Assembly (NCBI GenBank): GCA_016716125.1
Contig: JADJWZ010000020.1
Span: forward strand, 7,955-71,954
Reading direction: 5' to 3'
Origin: Ignavibacteria bacterium
GTDB taxonomy: Bacteria; Bacteroidota; Ignavibacteria; Tepidaquicellales; Tepidaquicellaceae
DNA: 64,000 nucleotides
Shown here one piece after another: positions 63,109 through 64,000 of the stretch; the stretch's first letter is position 1; each line of letters opens with the position of its first letter. A program made the translations under genes and the position numbers. Under the pieces are notes generated by a model, which did no database searches, was not told the DNA's origin, and saw only the letters and a program-made list of their open reading frames with translations.

Positions 63109-63843
63109 TTATTTTATTAAAAACATTCTTTTAGTGCCGATAATATTACCGTTTAATAACAGGCTGTAGAAATATATTCCGCTTGAAAAATTAACTTTAT
63201 TTCCTGTCTTGTCATTATCAAAATTAATTGTATGACTTCCTGATATTTGAAATTCATTTAATAAATTTATGATCTCCTTTCCTGCTATATCATATATCTT
63301 AACTGAAACTATACCTGATGATGATAAATTATATTTTATACTAGTTGAAGGATTAAAAGGGTTTGGATAATTTTGAAAAAGAATAGAATTATTTTTAAAA
63401 TTATAATCGTGATCTGATATTTCTGTAAGCTGTGAGTATTTAATGGTTGTTATCCAAAATCCATTAAAACTGTTTTGAGTAAAACCGCTAATTATTACAT
63501 TAGAATTATTATCCAGACTTAAACAAGTAGATCTGTCAACTAATGAATATCCATTATATTTTCTTATCCATTTAATATTTCCTGTTAAATCATATTTCAT
63601 AGTTAAATAATCAGAAATTCCATCAGTTGAATCAGTCATTCCGGTTACATAAACATTATATAATTTATCAACAGCTATTGAATAAACTTCATCAGCCTGA
63701 TTAAAGCCGCTATCGTATTTTCTGATCCATGCTGTGTCTCCATTTGAAAAATATTTTATTGTAACAAAATCTGCTGCCAGTTCCGGTATTTGTACTCCTT
63801 CCCGCAGCATATACATTTCCCGAATCATCTGTTGTAAGGGCAA
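63109..63843 (-). CDS. C-terminal part of an SBBP-repeat T9SS cargo protein; the gene continues upstream in another frame to beyond the window end
   Basis: SBBP-type units (NVYVTGMTDS..DYLTMKY, FVTIKYFSNGDTAW). C-terminus QNYPNPFNPSTSIKYNL...GIYFYSLL...MFLIK. 63790-64000 encodes further SBBP units in a shifted frame. Confidence 0.8.
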   Translation of the reverse strand: MPLQQMIREMYMLREGVQIPELAADFVTIKYFSNGDTAWIRKYDSGFNQADEVYSIAVDKLYNVYVTGMTDSTDGISDYLTMKYDLTGNIKWIRKYNGYSLVDRSTCLSLDNNSNVIISGFTQNSFNGFWITTIKYSQLTEISDHDYNFKNNSILFQNYPNPFNPSTSIKYNLSSSGIVSVKIYDIAGKEIINLLNEFQISGSHTINFDNDKTGNKVNFSSGIYFYSLLLNGNIIGTKRMFLIK

Positions 63844-64000
63844 AGCAGAAATTTAAATTACCGTCTCCTTTGTATATACGCTTCCACAATGTATCGCCTT
63901 CAGAGTTATATTTTATTGTAATAAATGCATAGTTTCCGAATAAATAATAATATCCGTTTGCAATAATATTTCCAAATATATCTACAGTTACATTTGCAGG

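Overview
AT-rich bacterial chromosomal segment (G+C about one third by eye, not computed). By inference it comes from the FCB superphylum, possibly Ignavibacteria-like. The grounds are many type IX secretion (T9SS) C-terminal sorting domains, Shine-Dalgarno-like sites before many starts, and frequent TTG/GTG starts.

The backbone is ordinary housekeeping:
- prfA
- mscL-prmA-folD-carA and an S9 peptidase
- GH57 and malQ (alpha-glucan metabolism)
- a DUF985 cupin, an FCY1-like cytosine deaminase, cysS, nhaA
- icd, a POT peptide transporter
- wecB, an endonuclease III-like gene and a GT9 heptosyltransferase (envelope genes)
- rpmE and a GlmU-like gene
- tRNA-Val(GAC), then the conserved thrS-infC-rpmI-rplT-pheS block and a cyclophilin

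Thirteen genes carry a T9SS C-terminal domain (CTD). Nine lie in one island at 3059-22537; the others are at 30466-34025 and 62242-64000. Their passenger domains are BNR/Asp-box propellers, SBBP repeats, an M14 carboxypeptidase, an M43 metalloprotease and a 47-residue WNG-repeat protein.

I found no CRISPR array, transposase, integrase, toxin-antitoxin pair or recognisable defence system. I cannot point to a convincing new multi-gene system. The signals most worth follow-up are:
1. CTD-coding modules are near-identical at nucleotide level between genes with unrelated passengers, and two CTD ORFs lack signal peptides.
2. A family of heptanucleotide RTTWCRA arrays brackets cargo genes and also occurs in frame inside two CTDs.
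3. A 46-bp hairpin unit is repeated three times in tandem.
4. Two C/G homopolymer palindromes, anomalous for this composition, flank gene 6145-7416. One is tied to a 16-nt direct duplication of a gene end.
5. Five frame disruptions occur, at least three of them at homopolymer runs. These may be assembly indels or real pseudogenes.
6. infC appears to need an ATT start.

All functional calls rest on motifs read from the supplied translations; no database search was possible.
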